DNA of 64,000 bases from Oikopleura dioica (taxonomy: Eukaryota > Animalia > Chordata). The stretch is from the NCBI GenBank assembly GCA_907165135.1, contig OU015569.1, positions 6,324,001 through 6,388,000 of the forward strand, written 5' to 3'. The translations under genes and the position numbers were made by a program. The number at the start of each line of letters is the position of its first letter. Position 1 is the stretch's first letter. Positions 22,591 through 35,146 of this stretch are shown here, piece by piece. The notes beneath the pieces were generated by a model, which saw only the letters and a program-made list of their open reading frames with translations, was not told the origin of the DNA and did no database searches.

Positions 22591-25340
22591 TCATGCGATG
22601 CTTTCAACACTAGCTGCGATATTTCGGTCAGAACGAGATGGAAATATAAGTCGGAAAAAGTCACGGAGCAAAAGTGTCAGGAAGTCGACCATTCCAACGA
22701 AGGAGCTTTCGATGATCATAAACTATTGAGAATCCCTCAAAAAGTCAAGATTATGACCAAGTCCTAAAGGATATTCCCAACATGAGGCCAGCTGCACCGC
22801 CGATGTCCGACCAGAGCTTAGATAAATTTTGACGATTGCTAGCTCAAGTGACCGGGATTACCTGGGTCAGGGCGTAATCTGGCTGTTCCATCATAACTCG
22901 GTCGCCTTCTTCAATAAGATACATCATAAATGAACTTTGCGGTTTTTGCCTTGGATCCGCTGGTACATCTACCACATATCGACCATAGTGAATATTTGCC
23001 GTTTCAAAAGCCTATGAGCAAGAGATTGAGCAGCTGATTTTGTTAAATTACTTTCCTCGGATTCGCAGCAATCTTTCTCAAATTCCTCTTTGACTCTAGT
23101 TAGTAAGCGAAAACGGTAGTTAGATAAGACAAGCTAGGCTCATGCTTAGAATGTTAATTTTTGGAACTTTGCCTGGACAGTGGCATCCTTTGTACTCGAA
23201 TTCGGATATGATCGGCCCGGCGCAGACAGCATGTTCATGAAATGAACAAAGCCGGATGTCCTCCAACCCGTTTCGCGGGTTCGGGAAATAAAACGTCCGG
23301 CATTTACAGGTCTTCTTGATGTATTCCAAAAGACAGTCTTTAGGCGAGATTACATTTAGAAAATTAATATATGAGAGTTTGGTTTGTCTTTTTCAAGCTC
23401 ATTCTCGTGATTGCCGAAGAATAATTTGTAACCAAGCAATAAGGCACTGGGGTTTCGTATAACTTTCGAAATAAAATGACGTGTTTTCCAAATTTTGGGT
23501 ATGTTGATGTCTAGAAATATGAAAATGGCTCTCAAATACAGTTGTTTTTCGTACTTGATGCATGTCGAGTAGGGTTCGCCAAGCATAAAACGCGTCGTTC
23601 GGCGGATTGAAATGATTGGCACCAAGTGGGTATTTACATTTAAACTTTCAAAGTTCATCGATTCCCAACAGGGTCGGCCAAATTATTAGACTTGAAATGA
23701 AAAAATAACTGTCCACATTGTGGACTCCACAATCGTATAATATTGTTTGTCGGAACTTTTCCTGTAGCATGCATCTTGCGTCTGTTCGTGAACAGATGAC
23801 TAAAAAATAAGTGAAAATGATGGCTAAAAAGAACTAACATAGAATATGTTACATAGTATACTGTAGCTCCTTCCATGAACGCGCGCCAGCCACCAAGAAG
23901 ATCTGTTTGGTCTGTTTCGAATGTGATCGTGACGTAATACTAGAAACGGTCAATGAAAATAGACGAGCTTGACAATGAAAGAAGCACGAACCTGGCGGCC
24001 GATGGTCTCCCTGGAATTCGGTGGCGACCACGGAATGAATTGAAGACAATATCCAAAAATTGTTTTGATTAATTTCCATTTCTTGCGACAGTCTTGGCCT
24101 ATGTACAGGCAGCGCTTAATTCTTCAGAGGATAACGCCATCGTCACTCATAGCTCGAAAAAGAGAGATTAGAGGGTGGGTACTTAAAGAAGCGAGACTCT
24201 CTTCATGCATAAAATGCGCATCCCTTTCAAGTGCTTCAAAAATATGATGATGTAAAAAGTTTATATGTTTCCATTCATTTTATAGACTCTATAATATAGA
24301 GCATTTCCTGGCTGTAAGGAGGAGCGGTTCTCATCGCAAATTGGTGCATGTCGACGTCGATACTTTCCAGATGTTCGCCGACAGACGAATTAAAAGGCGC
24401 TCCATACAAATGTGAAATGTACGGCATGAGCTGCAAAATTTTCAATAAGGAACTTATCTGAAAATAAAACCTCTGGAAAGTACTTTCTCGTTCGCGCTTT
24501 GGAATGCATGTTGTTTGAGCAAATTGTAATTTTAGGGAGGAAAGAGATGTTTGCCAATTGCAACTCGTCCAGCTTCTTTCGGATCGCGGGTGACTTGACA
24601 AAAGATTCCAATTTTAAAATCGAAGGTTAAATAATTCTGCTGAACCTAATCAGATGGAAAGTTCATAAACGGGCGTTGCCTGCCTATCTCATTCGAGATT
24701 TCACATTATCGCAGGCCAATTTCTAGCTTCCCCTATTGTCCAGCGTTTATTCACTTTGTGAATAGTCCTCCGTTTAATGGTACCCTGTTCATTAGTGAAA
24801 AGACAGGGCAGAATGAAATCAAGAAAGACTATATCTATGAGAGGGATCTTATTCCTGGGAAATGTTAGAGACAAGTTTCAGAGAAGAAGGATATTTATTA
24901 TAGGTCGAGATATTCTGTTAACGAGCTCGAAATTTACATACCGTGAAAATTTTCCAATGAAATGTCAAAAATCAAAATCAAAATTGTGAACTCATAAAGT
25001 TTTTTATTGGAGCACGCGCCGAGGAGATATTATAAAACGAATAGCCCAGACCGAAGAAAACAACGATGAACCATAAAATCCGACGAGACAGGACGATCGA
25101 GGGAGTCATCAAAAACCTATCAATCGTGTTAAATGAATTTCAACATCATCAAGTTATCAAAATTCTCGACGACAAAAATCCATTATTCTCGAACGACGCG
25201 ATTCGATTGATAGTATGTTCAAGAAGACAGTCTGTCTTCCACTTGATAAAGCTCTAGTGCCAAAAATAGTACCCAAAACCGAGCGGCAGAAGTGGTGCAT
25301 AATCGTCGATCGAGTTTGATATTAATTTTTTCCATCTTCG
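22591..25340 (-). CDS. DEG/ENaC (ASIC-like) sodium channel subunit, divergent (start approximate)
   Basis: TM1 RRILWFIVVFFGLGYSFY; post-TM1 LPKITICSNN; IISIRRTTRFMLGEPYSTC; Cys-rich thumb CKCRTFYFP...C...C...CHCP; TM2 EQPDYALTQLWSDIGGAAGLMLGISFSSFVGMVDFL after removing a 58-nt intron. Confidence 0.88.
22706..22763 (-). other. Non-canonical GA-AG intron (58 nt) in DEG/ENaC TM2
   Basis: AG|GACTTG...GAAAG|C. Removal restores the GxS+8+D spacing of the ASIC TM2; read-through hits TAA. Confidence 0.75.
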
Positions 25341-26099
25341 AAATAAAGCATTTTTCGTTTGTCGCCGAAGGATACTTCGGTATTTCTGCTTCAATCTCGA
25401 CTGAAATGTTTGGATTAACAAAGGCTAAAGCAGGTAAGTCTTTTTTATGATCGCATGATCCTGCGGGGCGATTTCACGAGGTTCTTGAAGATTTTTTTTT
25501 TCAAATTGAACGGAGCAGAAAAATACTTACTAGGGAATCTCTTCTTCTCGCAGCTCTCATTTTATTCCTGAAAAGTCAAAAAAAAATATTACCTTGTGGC
25601 TAGCTAGCCAAAACCAAAAATTAATTCAATTTTACATCTTAATCTTACTGCATGTTCTCAAATAATTAACTTGGCGCCAACACGCCCCAAAATCATTGGA
25701 AGTGACTGTATCAATCAATCTTCCATGTTCTACTCGCTTCGAGGAAAAACATGTTATGTAATGCTAATTTTTCTATCTATCAGGCTATCGACTTCAGGAG
25801 GCGGACGCATCAATTTCCGCCGATATTATGACCTTTGTGATAAGAATCTAAGTAACTATTGGTCATATATACAGTATCGTAAAGCTTTTGATGATTACAG
25901 CGTTGACCTAATTGGCGTTTATCAATAACCGGAACGCTGTTTGGTACCCTCGACTAGATGGCGCTGTGTGGCACGCCCATTTGAGCTGGGCAGCGAGTCT
26001 GCGGAAATCAAATCAGTCGAATAGCTCTAGTTCGATAAGAAACTCGATCTTAAGACTGCCGGTATTTTCAAACAGCTGAGAGTCTAAAACCCCGACGCT

Positions 26100-28290
26100 A
26101 TGTCCAAGTAAGTACCAAGTTGGTTACACAGAGATAACTGCCAAATCAAATGAATTACCAGCATAGTCGCAGAAAAGATCGTCACAACTAAAGTAATTTT
26201 GTAGAAACAAGGTCCAAGGCGTCCAGGCTCTTGCCGGATTTGGCCTAGAAGGCGCTGCCGTTATCAACGAAGAAGAGAAAAAACCAAAGCAATCGACTGT
26301 CGTCACTGTAAGCGCCACCAACCCAGCACAAGAAAATGCCTCCGAGAGTAAGCAAGTGATATCAATATCGTGTCTCACAGTTCTATTTAGTCAATCTGCG
26401 ACAGTCAAACTTCCTTCAACAGGCAGGCCTACAGCCATCTGACTACTTGGGTCGCTTCAAAGAGAACTCGTGGCAGTTTTGCTCTACGCTAGTCGTCTTC
26501 CAGATTATTTTCATCATTCTCTTCGCCATCTTCGTCGACTACGACTCCCATATTTACAAAGATAGCAAATACATTAGCAAACTAACTGCCGACCCAGCTT
26601 CTCAAGAGTACAAGGATGCCATCCAATTTTTCAAGGATGCTGACCACCACCTCGTTCGAGACTACGCCTGGTTCCAAGACGTTCACGTCATGATCATCGT
26701 CGGTTTCGGTTTTCTTATGACCTTCCTCAAGCGATACTCGTGGTCTTCACTCGGTTTCAACTTCCTCTTCTCCGCCTTTGCCATTCAATGGGGTATGCTT
26801 GTTCAGGGTTGGTTCTTCGAAACCTCCAAGCACCAAGTCAATATTGCCGCTTCTCACTGGGAAAATCTCAAGTCAATCCATATCAACATTCACGCAATGA
26901 TGGAAGCCGAGTTCTCTGCCGGTGTTTGCCTTATTTCTTTCGGTGCCGTCCTTGGTGTTGCCTCTCCAGTTCAGCTTCTTATTATGATTCTTTTCGAAAT
27001 GGTCTTTTACAAGGTAAATCACGCTTATGATTTCGTCTGAATTATTTTTCTTCACAGCTCAACGCATGGATTCTCCTCGACATCTACAACGTGGCTGATA
27101 TTGGTGGTTCCATGGTCATTCACGCTTTTGGTGCTTACTTTGGCCTTGCTGTCGCCCGATGCCTTTTCAAAAAGGGACACATTGACAACCCTGCTGAAGG
27201 TAACTAATCAATTAACGCCAGAGAGTCATCCTCAATTATCCTAGTACTTGCGTCATCTTTACTTTTAAAAACTTATATAACTCGGCTTATTTAAGGCGGT
27301 GAGTACCACTCTGATATCTTCTCTCTTGTCGGTACCGTCTTCCTCTGGATGTTCTGGCCTTCTTTCAACTCTATGCCCGGTGGTGATGACGATCCAGGCC
27401 GATACTTGGCCGTTATGAACACTTACCTCGCTCTTGCCGGTGCTTGCATGATGACCTACGCTACATCTATCTGGTGCACTCCCAATAGACGAATCACCAT
27501 GGAGCACGTTCAGAACGCCACTCTCGCCGGAGGTGTTGCTATGGGTTCTGCTGCTTCTATGCCTGTCACTCCCTTCGGAGCTATTATCATCGGTGCCATC
27601 GCTGGTATTCTCTCTACATGCGGATACTCCTTTATTAAGGTACTATTTCATTCAATAAACAAAATAATTAATCATCGATAAGCCCGCCCTTGCTAACGCC
27701 ATCAACCTTCACGATACCTGCGGTGTTCACAATCTCCACGGTATGCCCGCTGTCATGGGTGCTATCGCTTCAGTTATCCGATGTGCCGCTGGATACTACA
27801 CCTCAGATCAGTAAGTTTATAATGAATATTACTCACTAGAATTTCAATAATGAAATTTCTTCCCATAATATTGACCGCGTATATTTCGGTATTTTAATCG
27901 CTCGGCAAGAAAGGCCGTAAACTTTACTTGGTTTATCAGCGACTACGCTTAGCTTTGAGTTTTAAATCTGGGTTAGGCGGCTGATTTTTATTGCTTTTCT
28001 CGTTAATCTAACAAGACAATTAAGTTTAAGCGATAGCCAAAACGCTATTTCTTACGCTTATTTGATGATTTTGTACCGTGATTTACCATGTTTTTAGTGC
28101 CAGCGGAACAGAAATGGCCAACTTCCAGCTCGCTGGTCTTGCTACAACTCTTGGTATCTCACTGGTTGGTGGCACTATCACAGGCTTCATGATGAACATT
28201 CCTCTGTGGGAACAGCTCGAACTCGAGGAGTACTTCGAAGACGGCAAATACTGGGAGATGGAAGTCTACCAGGTTCCCCAAGAGGAATAA
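26100..28290 (+). CDS. Rh: Rh-type ammonium transporter (Rh glycoprotein), paralogue 1
   Basis: [89 protein letters not shown] at 26100; exons join via GT-AG introns. Confidence 0.95.
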
Positions 28291-28589
28291 GTTATTACTA
28301 TAAAGCCACTCTGTTCGCAAATTGGAAAGAATTTCCGAAGAACGCACTCAAAAATATCAACCATCATCAGCAAATCTTCAATTCAGAACTCTCTTTTTAT
28401 TTTAAGTATCTAGCATAAACACATTTCTTTTCGCTCTTTCCTCAGTGTTCCTTTCTCATGTTTTAAGAACCAGAGACTGTCCTTCTCTACTTTTCACGGT
28501 AATTTGATATAATTTCTGATTCCCTTACTTTCCTCTTTATCGTATTTTAATCTAAACCAATCACGTTGGCAGAACAAGTACCTTCGATG

Positions 28590-28691
28590 GGTGGAGTACG
28601 GGCGCAAACTTTCCCGATTTTGGCCCGGTCGGGAAAAATTTGTAACGGGCCAAAACTCGACAAAGTTTGCCCGACCGAGCTAAGTCCCACC
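28590..28691. repeat. ~100-bp nested palindrome (MITE-like remnant)
   Basis: Arms TTTTGGCCCG/CGGGCCAAAA (28618-27/28646-55), GCAAACTTT/AAAGTTTGC (28604-12/28662-70) and GGTGG/CCACC ends. Confidence 0.55.
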
Positions 28692-29999
28692 TCCTGGAAT
28701 CATCGAAGATTCTCTTCTCTTTTAAAAAACACTCCTTTCTTGTGGATATTATACTTCTGTAAAACCTTCGCAACATTTTATAGTTACTTTTCTGATTTTC
28801 AAAAATTTTAGAGTTTTCAGCTTGTCACCACATTTTTGACTTGGCCCCGAAATCTCTTTTCGAGGGTGTTTTTTTTATTGACGAACACTTATTCATTATG
28901 TCTTGATACAATTGTCTGATAAAGACCCTGTGACAACTTATAATATATATGAGTATGAATAAATATTCAAAAAAAAGATGTTCTCTTCACCAAGGAGTCT
29001 CATATTACGACATATTACGACGGGGCATTCCAAAAGAGATTTTCCTAATTGTCAGCTTCATTATTGAGTAGCCGCTGACACTCGTATTTTCGGTCACATT
29101 TGCTCTGTTAGTCAGAAAAAGATTATGCGTCTGAGATAAAATTTGAGATGTATTTGGATGTGCGAGAGACTTACAGTATTACTATTGTATGCAATAAAGG
29201 ACTCTACGCTCAAATCAATCTCTATTTAATGGAAACTAGTTTGATCTATTCTAAGATTATGAGCAAAAACAGTTACGGATTGTTCGGATGATCCAACCTT
29301 GGATCCTATCTCAGGTAGTTCGGTGGATTTCATTTTTCGTAAAAATTAAAGCGACCTAAACATCGATAACGGAAATTGACGCTAGTAAAAATGCCAAGAA
29401 ATCAGCCGCTGAAGCTATAAACCAAAAATATAAAATCCATTGTTGAAACTAAACTTGAACTCGCAGGTTTCACCTCTCTCAGACAAAGTAACTCTTCAAT
29501 ACAAACCCAAGAGCGTATCCTCCTTTTTTTACGCTTCTAATTACATGTCAGCTCAGAACGAAGAAAATTTATCTTATTGAAACTCATTCAATAAAAAGCG
29601 AAATTTCTTTGTATAGTTGTGGGAGTGCCCTGGGCGGCTGGATGGCTATCAATGTCTTTTATGCTGTGGGGTTAAAGAATTTCAATTCGAAATCAGCAAG
29701 TGAACTTTATTGAAACTTAGTTTTTGTGGCTGGTGTGCCCTGGGTGGTGATCATTGTCTTCCTTCTCTGTCAATGCCGGAAGAATAAGCCGATGGACGAA
29801 CTTGATGAACATTATAAGGAACGTTTACTGAATTCTTACTTGATTGACTTTGAAAAAAGACAGCATACTCAATAGAGGTCAGGTTTCATTTTTTACCGGG
29901 CACGGCATATCTGAAGGAACGGATTTGATTTTGTTTTTCTTTATTTATTTTAACATAAATCGAAATCCACAAAAGTGGACGTGTGGGGACATGAATTGT

Positions 30000-32601
30000 T
30001 TAAAGCTGTGACCGAGTGATTTCATTTTGGGAATATGAGTCGACGAGTCTTCTTATTTCTGCAATGTCTTTTCTTGTTGCCTCGGGAGCAGTTCCGCCTA
30101 TGCTTGTGTACTGCTCAATTGATCGTCTCTTATCTGATAGAAGTTCAACCACTCCTGAATAAATCATCCTTACAACTAATGCTCTTGAAACTGTATGCTT
30201 CGTTTAATAATAATGATTTTAGTGATAGAAAATTGGACCAAGAGGGACTTCAGATTTCAATAACTTATGATTGATCGTCCTTCAAGAAATTCTTTGGCAT
30301 GTTGTACCTGAACCATCGCCAAAGATGGGATTTAGTGCGGCTATTTCTTCCGCTGGTAATTGATCGATCACGGTGTTCTTGTTTTCAGCCAGGGCGACTA
30401 CTTCGCCAGCGATCTCGTGCGACACGCGGAAAGGAAGTCCCTGAAGAAGAAAAGCAGTTATGTAAGCTGCAATGCTCGATTGCTTGGTTTTCACAAACGA
30501 TCCATTAATCAAGATTGGCTTACCTGGCGCACACAAAAATAGGCAATGTCTTCGATGGAATTTTTACAACTTGTAAAATAAAGCTAGCGAAGAAACGGTC
30601 AATAGTAAATAAATCTGACGAAATAGAAGCAATGTAAAAACAATTTCCTGTGGCAAGCATTTCGGGAGAGAGTGACTTGGAAAGAGCACTTTTGTTCGGT
30701 TCCAAAGTATTTACGAGCCCTTTTTGGAGTTTTCATTTTGAAGTCTTAGGATTATTGCTGTTTGAAGAAGATTAGGAAACTCAGCTAAGGACAGCTGGAG
30801 AGCATCGTTGAATTCCTCGAAAGAGGAAAACATCGCCGATTTGTCTTCTTGGAGATCCTTGTTGTATCCACTCGGCAAATTCTTAATTTGTTAAGTTTCC
30901 TGTAAAGTACGCTCGTCGGTACTTTGATCGTAGAAAGCATTCCCGTAAGCCTTCCAATCGAAGTGCCGGCCTTGCCTCTTATGAGCTCTAGCGCGTCGGG
31001 ATTCTGCTTTTGCGGCATCAGACTCGATCCGGTGCAAAACTCTTGTCCGATCTTGACGAAGTTAAAATTCGGAGAGCTCATTTCAGTTTTCGAAATCCAA
31101 TAAACAAGACAACTTATTGTTAAAAAAACCGTTCCAAAAAATAATCAGATCCTCGCAAAATCGTGACAAGACGGTAAAACCGCTGCTGATGCAAAATAGG
31201 AAGTCGACGATAGCTTCCCTTGAGCCAGAAGTGTGGATTGAATTCAATGTCGGGCCGAGCGGGAACTTCAGTTCTTTGGACAAAAATTCACGGTCAATGC
31301 CGAACGCATTACCAGCAATAGCGCCGGCCCCTTTTCTATTTGTCATTAAGGTTTTTCAAGAATCAGTTATTTTGAGAAATTGGACAAGTTCCTAATGGAC
31401 ACCATTGATGGCTCTCTATCAAATTGAATCTACGCAAAACGGAGCGAAGACCTTCAGCATGATTGACGAGCCAATGTCCGAAAGTAGTGACTTGAGCGGG
31501 CTATTTCTGGGAGTTCCTAATGTTTGACTAGAAAAAAAATGATGGGGAGAGACTCTTTCCTGAAAATGTGTGAACGATGGCATCATCACATCCAGATTTT
31601 CTTCTGCAAGTTGGAGGATAGCTTTTTGAGTTCTAAACAAAAATCGGGCGATGAAGTACACACCCCTATCGATCAAGTGCGTGTCCCATTGACCGTTATT
31701 TCGCTTCCTTTATGAGTTTAACTCGTAAAGGTTAACCTGCGCCGGATACGTGCTCGACATGATTAATGACCGAATGTTAATAGACGCCATCTGGGTTTTC
31801 TATCTGAGCCGTTTAGAGCTGTCCCAATCCTTTGATGAGCTTCCTTAGCCGGTGCTCAAGCTCACAGATGCTCTGTCTTTTTTCGAGTTCAATAAAAACA
31901 TTTTTATTAACTATTTCTTGGCAATAATTCATTCGTAACTCGTTTTCTAAGCCACAAGTGAACGTCTAGTTGGACCTGCTCGTTTCTACTCCTCCCGGTG
32001 TGCAGCTTCCCCGCTTGAAATTTTCAATGAAAATATAAACTAATTTTCCAAGTGCTTCTCTAGCTACTTCTTACCGATTCCTGTTCCAATAATTTCGCCG
32101 AGACGTCGTTCATTAGCAGTGTGGATATCCTCGTCGCCTTTTTTCAGAAGGAATTCTTCCGCCGCCCATTCTTAATCGAAGTTGAAATTTATTCTCACAA
32201 CAAGAGCGCATTCCAATTATTTTATGGAAGTAATCAACAATTCGATGGGAGTTCAAATTAGACAAGGATACGCCTCGATTGGGACAATAAAATACTTACT
32301 TCTGCGGACATCTTTATTATTCTATTTTAATAAAGCACCTGATGAAATTTTATCGAGTCCAGCATGAATCGCAACAAGCTCTTCGTTTGAGATGATTTTT
32401 AACTTCTCGAGGCCTGCCGCAAATACTTTGCTACCTTCCAAGTCCTCTTTCCACAATTTTTTGCAGAGATTAATTGACGCATTATATTTCTAAATGTATA
32501 GATATCTTTGGCGAACTTGCATGATTTCTTACCCAGAGCAACTCGTCAGGCGACTTTTCGAAGCGCCCTCCCCAAAGTATTTTCTCTTTTTCCTCGGACA
32601 T
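30000..32601 (-). CDS. ASL: Argininosuccinate lyase
   Basis: [14 protein letters not shown] start, [24 protein letters not shown], signature [34 protein letters not shown], and a last exon [15 protein letters not shown] ending at TAA 30000-30002. Confidence 0.96.
31331..31391 (-). other. Non-canonical GA-AG intron (61 nt) in ASL
   Basis: TTA G|GAACTT...AAAAG|GG GCC. Removal yields the conserved PLGAGAIAG. Confidence 0.8.
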
Positions 32602-32939
32602 TTTTTGGGTTCTTTAACTCAGTTGCTATTTTTTGAAATTTGACATTTTACGCGTGATTTTTACTAGGGGGTGGTTTCGATGACTATTTTTCTATTTAAT
32701 GGTGCGAAAAATCCCCTTTACAGATGTTTTCGCAAATATCCTGCCATTTCTTGATAAACTGCGAAGAAAGAAAATATGACATAAGCTATATCATATAACT
32801 TCATTAATTGTAATATTTTTATTAGAGCAAGTTTTTGCCCTCTTGTGAGGTAAATGCGCTTTTTGTAAGATTTGATTAAGAATATAAGCTCAACATTGTT
32901 AAACGTAATTCATAGAGAAACAGATCAAAAATTGCGGGT

Positions 32940-35146
32940 TTAGTCTTCCTCTTCTTCTTCAATTTCCCAGTATTTTCCATCCTCGAAATACTCGTACGCG
33001 CCAAGATGTTCAACAGCTAAAGAAGTTTTCATCTATGTTTGTGATGATTTCATACCTGGAAGTCGAAGGAAACAACCAGTAAGAGTTCCTGTAGCAATTG
33101 CAGTTCCGAGGGTAGCGAGAAGAGCAAAAACTTGGGGCATCATCTGGTGACCATCTGGTTCACCATGATCGTTGATAGCGCAGTGGATGATTGAGAAGAT
33201 AGCAGCCATGATGGCGGGCATTCCATGAAGGTTGTTGACTCCACAGGTATCATGAAGAGAGAACTTCTCGGCGAGGAAAGGCTAGATAAGTAGTAATCGA
33301 AGATTCTATTCTTAAATTTAAAAAGTACCTTGATGTACTGATATCCAGCTGTAGAGAGGAGACCGGCGGAGAATCCGATAAAGAGTGCGCCGAATGGTTG
33401 GACTTGCATGTTTGCGGCTGTGCCCATAGCAACACCTCCAGCAAGAGTGGCATTTTGGATATGTTCTTCCAAAGGGATAAAAATATTTTTAAAAAATTAT
33501 TGAAATTAGAGGTTGAATATGAAATAATGAAATCTTTCGATTTCTTGAGAAAATTATAATCCCTCCCCATGGTGATTCGTCGCTTGGGATTGAAAAAAAT
33601 GGAAAAGATGAAGGTAGAGACACAGGCAGCAGAAAGGGCCAAGTAAGTGTTGCAGATAGCATAGTATCGGTCGACATCGCTTCCGGGAGCACTGTTGAAA
33701 GAAGGCCAGAACATCCAAAGGAAAACAGTTCCGATCATAGAGAACATATCGGAGTGGTACTCAGTTCCTGATCGTAACCTTTAGACTATTTTTTAAAAGA
33801 GAAGATTTACCCTCAGCAGCGTTGTCCATTTGTCCGTCAGATTTGTAAAGCACCCGAGCGACGGCAAGGCCAAAATAGGCGCCGAAAGCGTGAATCACCA
33901 TAGAACCACCAATGTCGGATGCTCCGATATGGTTGACAACGACGACAGCGTTGAGCTTTATTGTCTTAATTATTCGACCACAAAGTGAGTGAGCTTACAT
34001 TGTAAAAAACAACTTCGAAGAGGATCATGAAGAGAAGCTGGACGGGAGAGGCAACGCCCAAAACAGCACCGAAAGAAATGAGAATCGCACCGGTGGTGAA
34101 ATCAGCTTCGAGCATTCTGTATAAAAGTTTAAACGATGTCATTTGTGAGGTGCTTACCTTCCCATGTTGAGCTGGATAGTCAGGTCAGCAGTGTGATTTG
34201 AACCATGGGCGTCTGAGGTGATCGTGTGAAGAATGTCGTGGAAGAAGCCGGTACAAAGGAGAGACCATTGGATGGTGAATCCAGTGAACAAAAAGTTGAA
34301 CCCGACCGAACTCCATCCATATCGCTTGAGGAAAGTCATCAAGAAACCGAAACCGACGACAATCATAACATGTGTATCCTGGAACCCTTAATTATCACGT
34401 CAGAATGGTCCTATTTACCAACATCAAGTTTTCACGTGATTATAGAAATTTGAATATTAGAATGGGGCCCCACAGTCTGCGGGCCACAAAACTTGACGCT
34501 AAAAGATCATAAACGGTGGCCATAAATCAACAGTTTGCTCTTGACCCAATTTTCAACTCTACTAATTAAAGTCACATAAAAACGTAGCGCGAAACTTTGA
34601 TGTTCGCGTTCTATTTTCAAACTAAGATTATTAACTCACATGGGTATGTTCGATCCATATCAGCATCTACTCCTCCATCGTTGTAGCGGACAAACAGACC
34701 AAAGAGGATCATGAAAATGATTTGACAGACAAGTAGAACTCCAGCGAATTGAAGAGAATTCTCATTGTGTCTAAAAGTTTTGATCTCATTATCCTGCTCA
34801 GATTATTTCATTTCGACTACTACAATTATTGTTTCCAAACTTTGTGGTCTTTCTCTGTTATCTTACCCATCTTTTGGGGGATGGCCGTAGTCCACATCTT
34901 TTTTGTTCTTGGCGTGATCTCCCATAAGGACGCTATTTTCGTTTGCTTCTGTTCCCATTTTTTCAGTTTTTCAAAAAACAAAATCCGAGAAAATCTTTCC
35001 GGAACTTCGGTACTAGACAGCGAGGTATCTGTGGGCCGGACCGTGTCACACGATTTGGTAGATATATTTTTTATGAACGACCCAAGAGCGCTCGTATTTT
35101 TATCGTTATGGTGGTTGGGGCGGCCACGCTCTGTACGACCGGGCAA
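32940..35146 (-). CDS. Rh: Rh-type ammonium transporter, paralogue 2 (long N-terminal extension)
   Basis: [88 protein letters not shown]; stop at 32940-32942. Confidence 0.95.
33466..33565 (-). other. Non-canonical GG-AG intron (100 nt) present only in Rh paralogue 2
   Basis: ATG G|GGAGGG...GGAAG|AA CAT gives RITMEHIQN; paralogue 1 has RITMEHVQN uninterrupted. Confidence 0.8.

Noticed and set aside
25952-25967. CTCF/YY1-like motif CGACTAGATGGCGC upstream of Rh1 (similar motif near 58192)
   Set aside because: Short matches arise by chance; no binding data.
29613-29872. Two hydrophobic + strand segments each with GVPW
   Set aside because: No coherent gene model or homology could be built.
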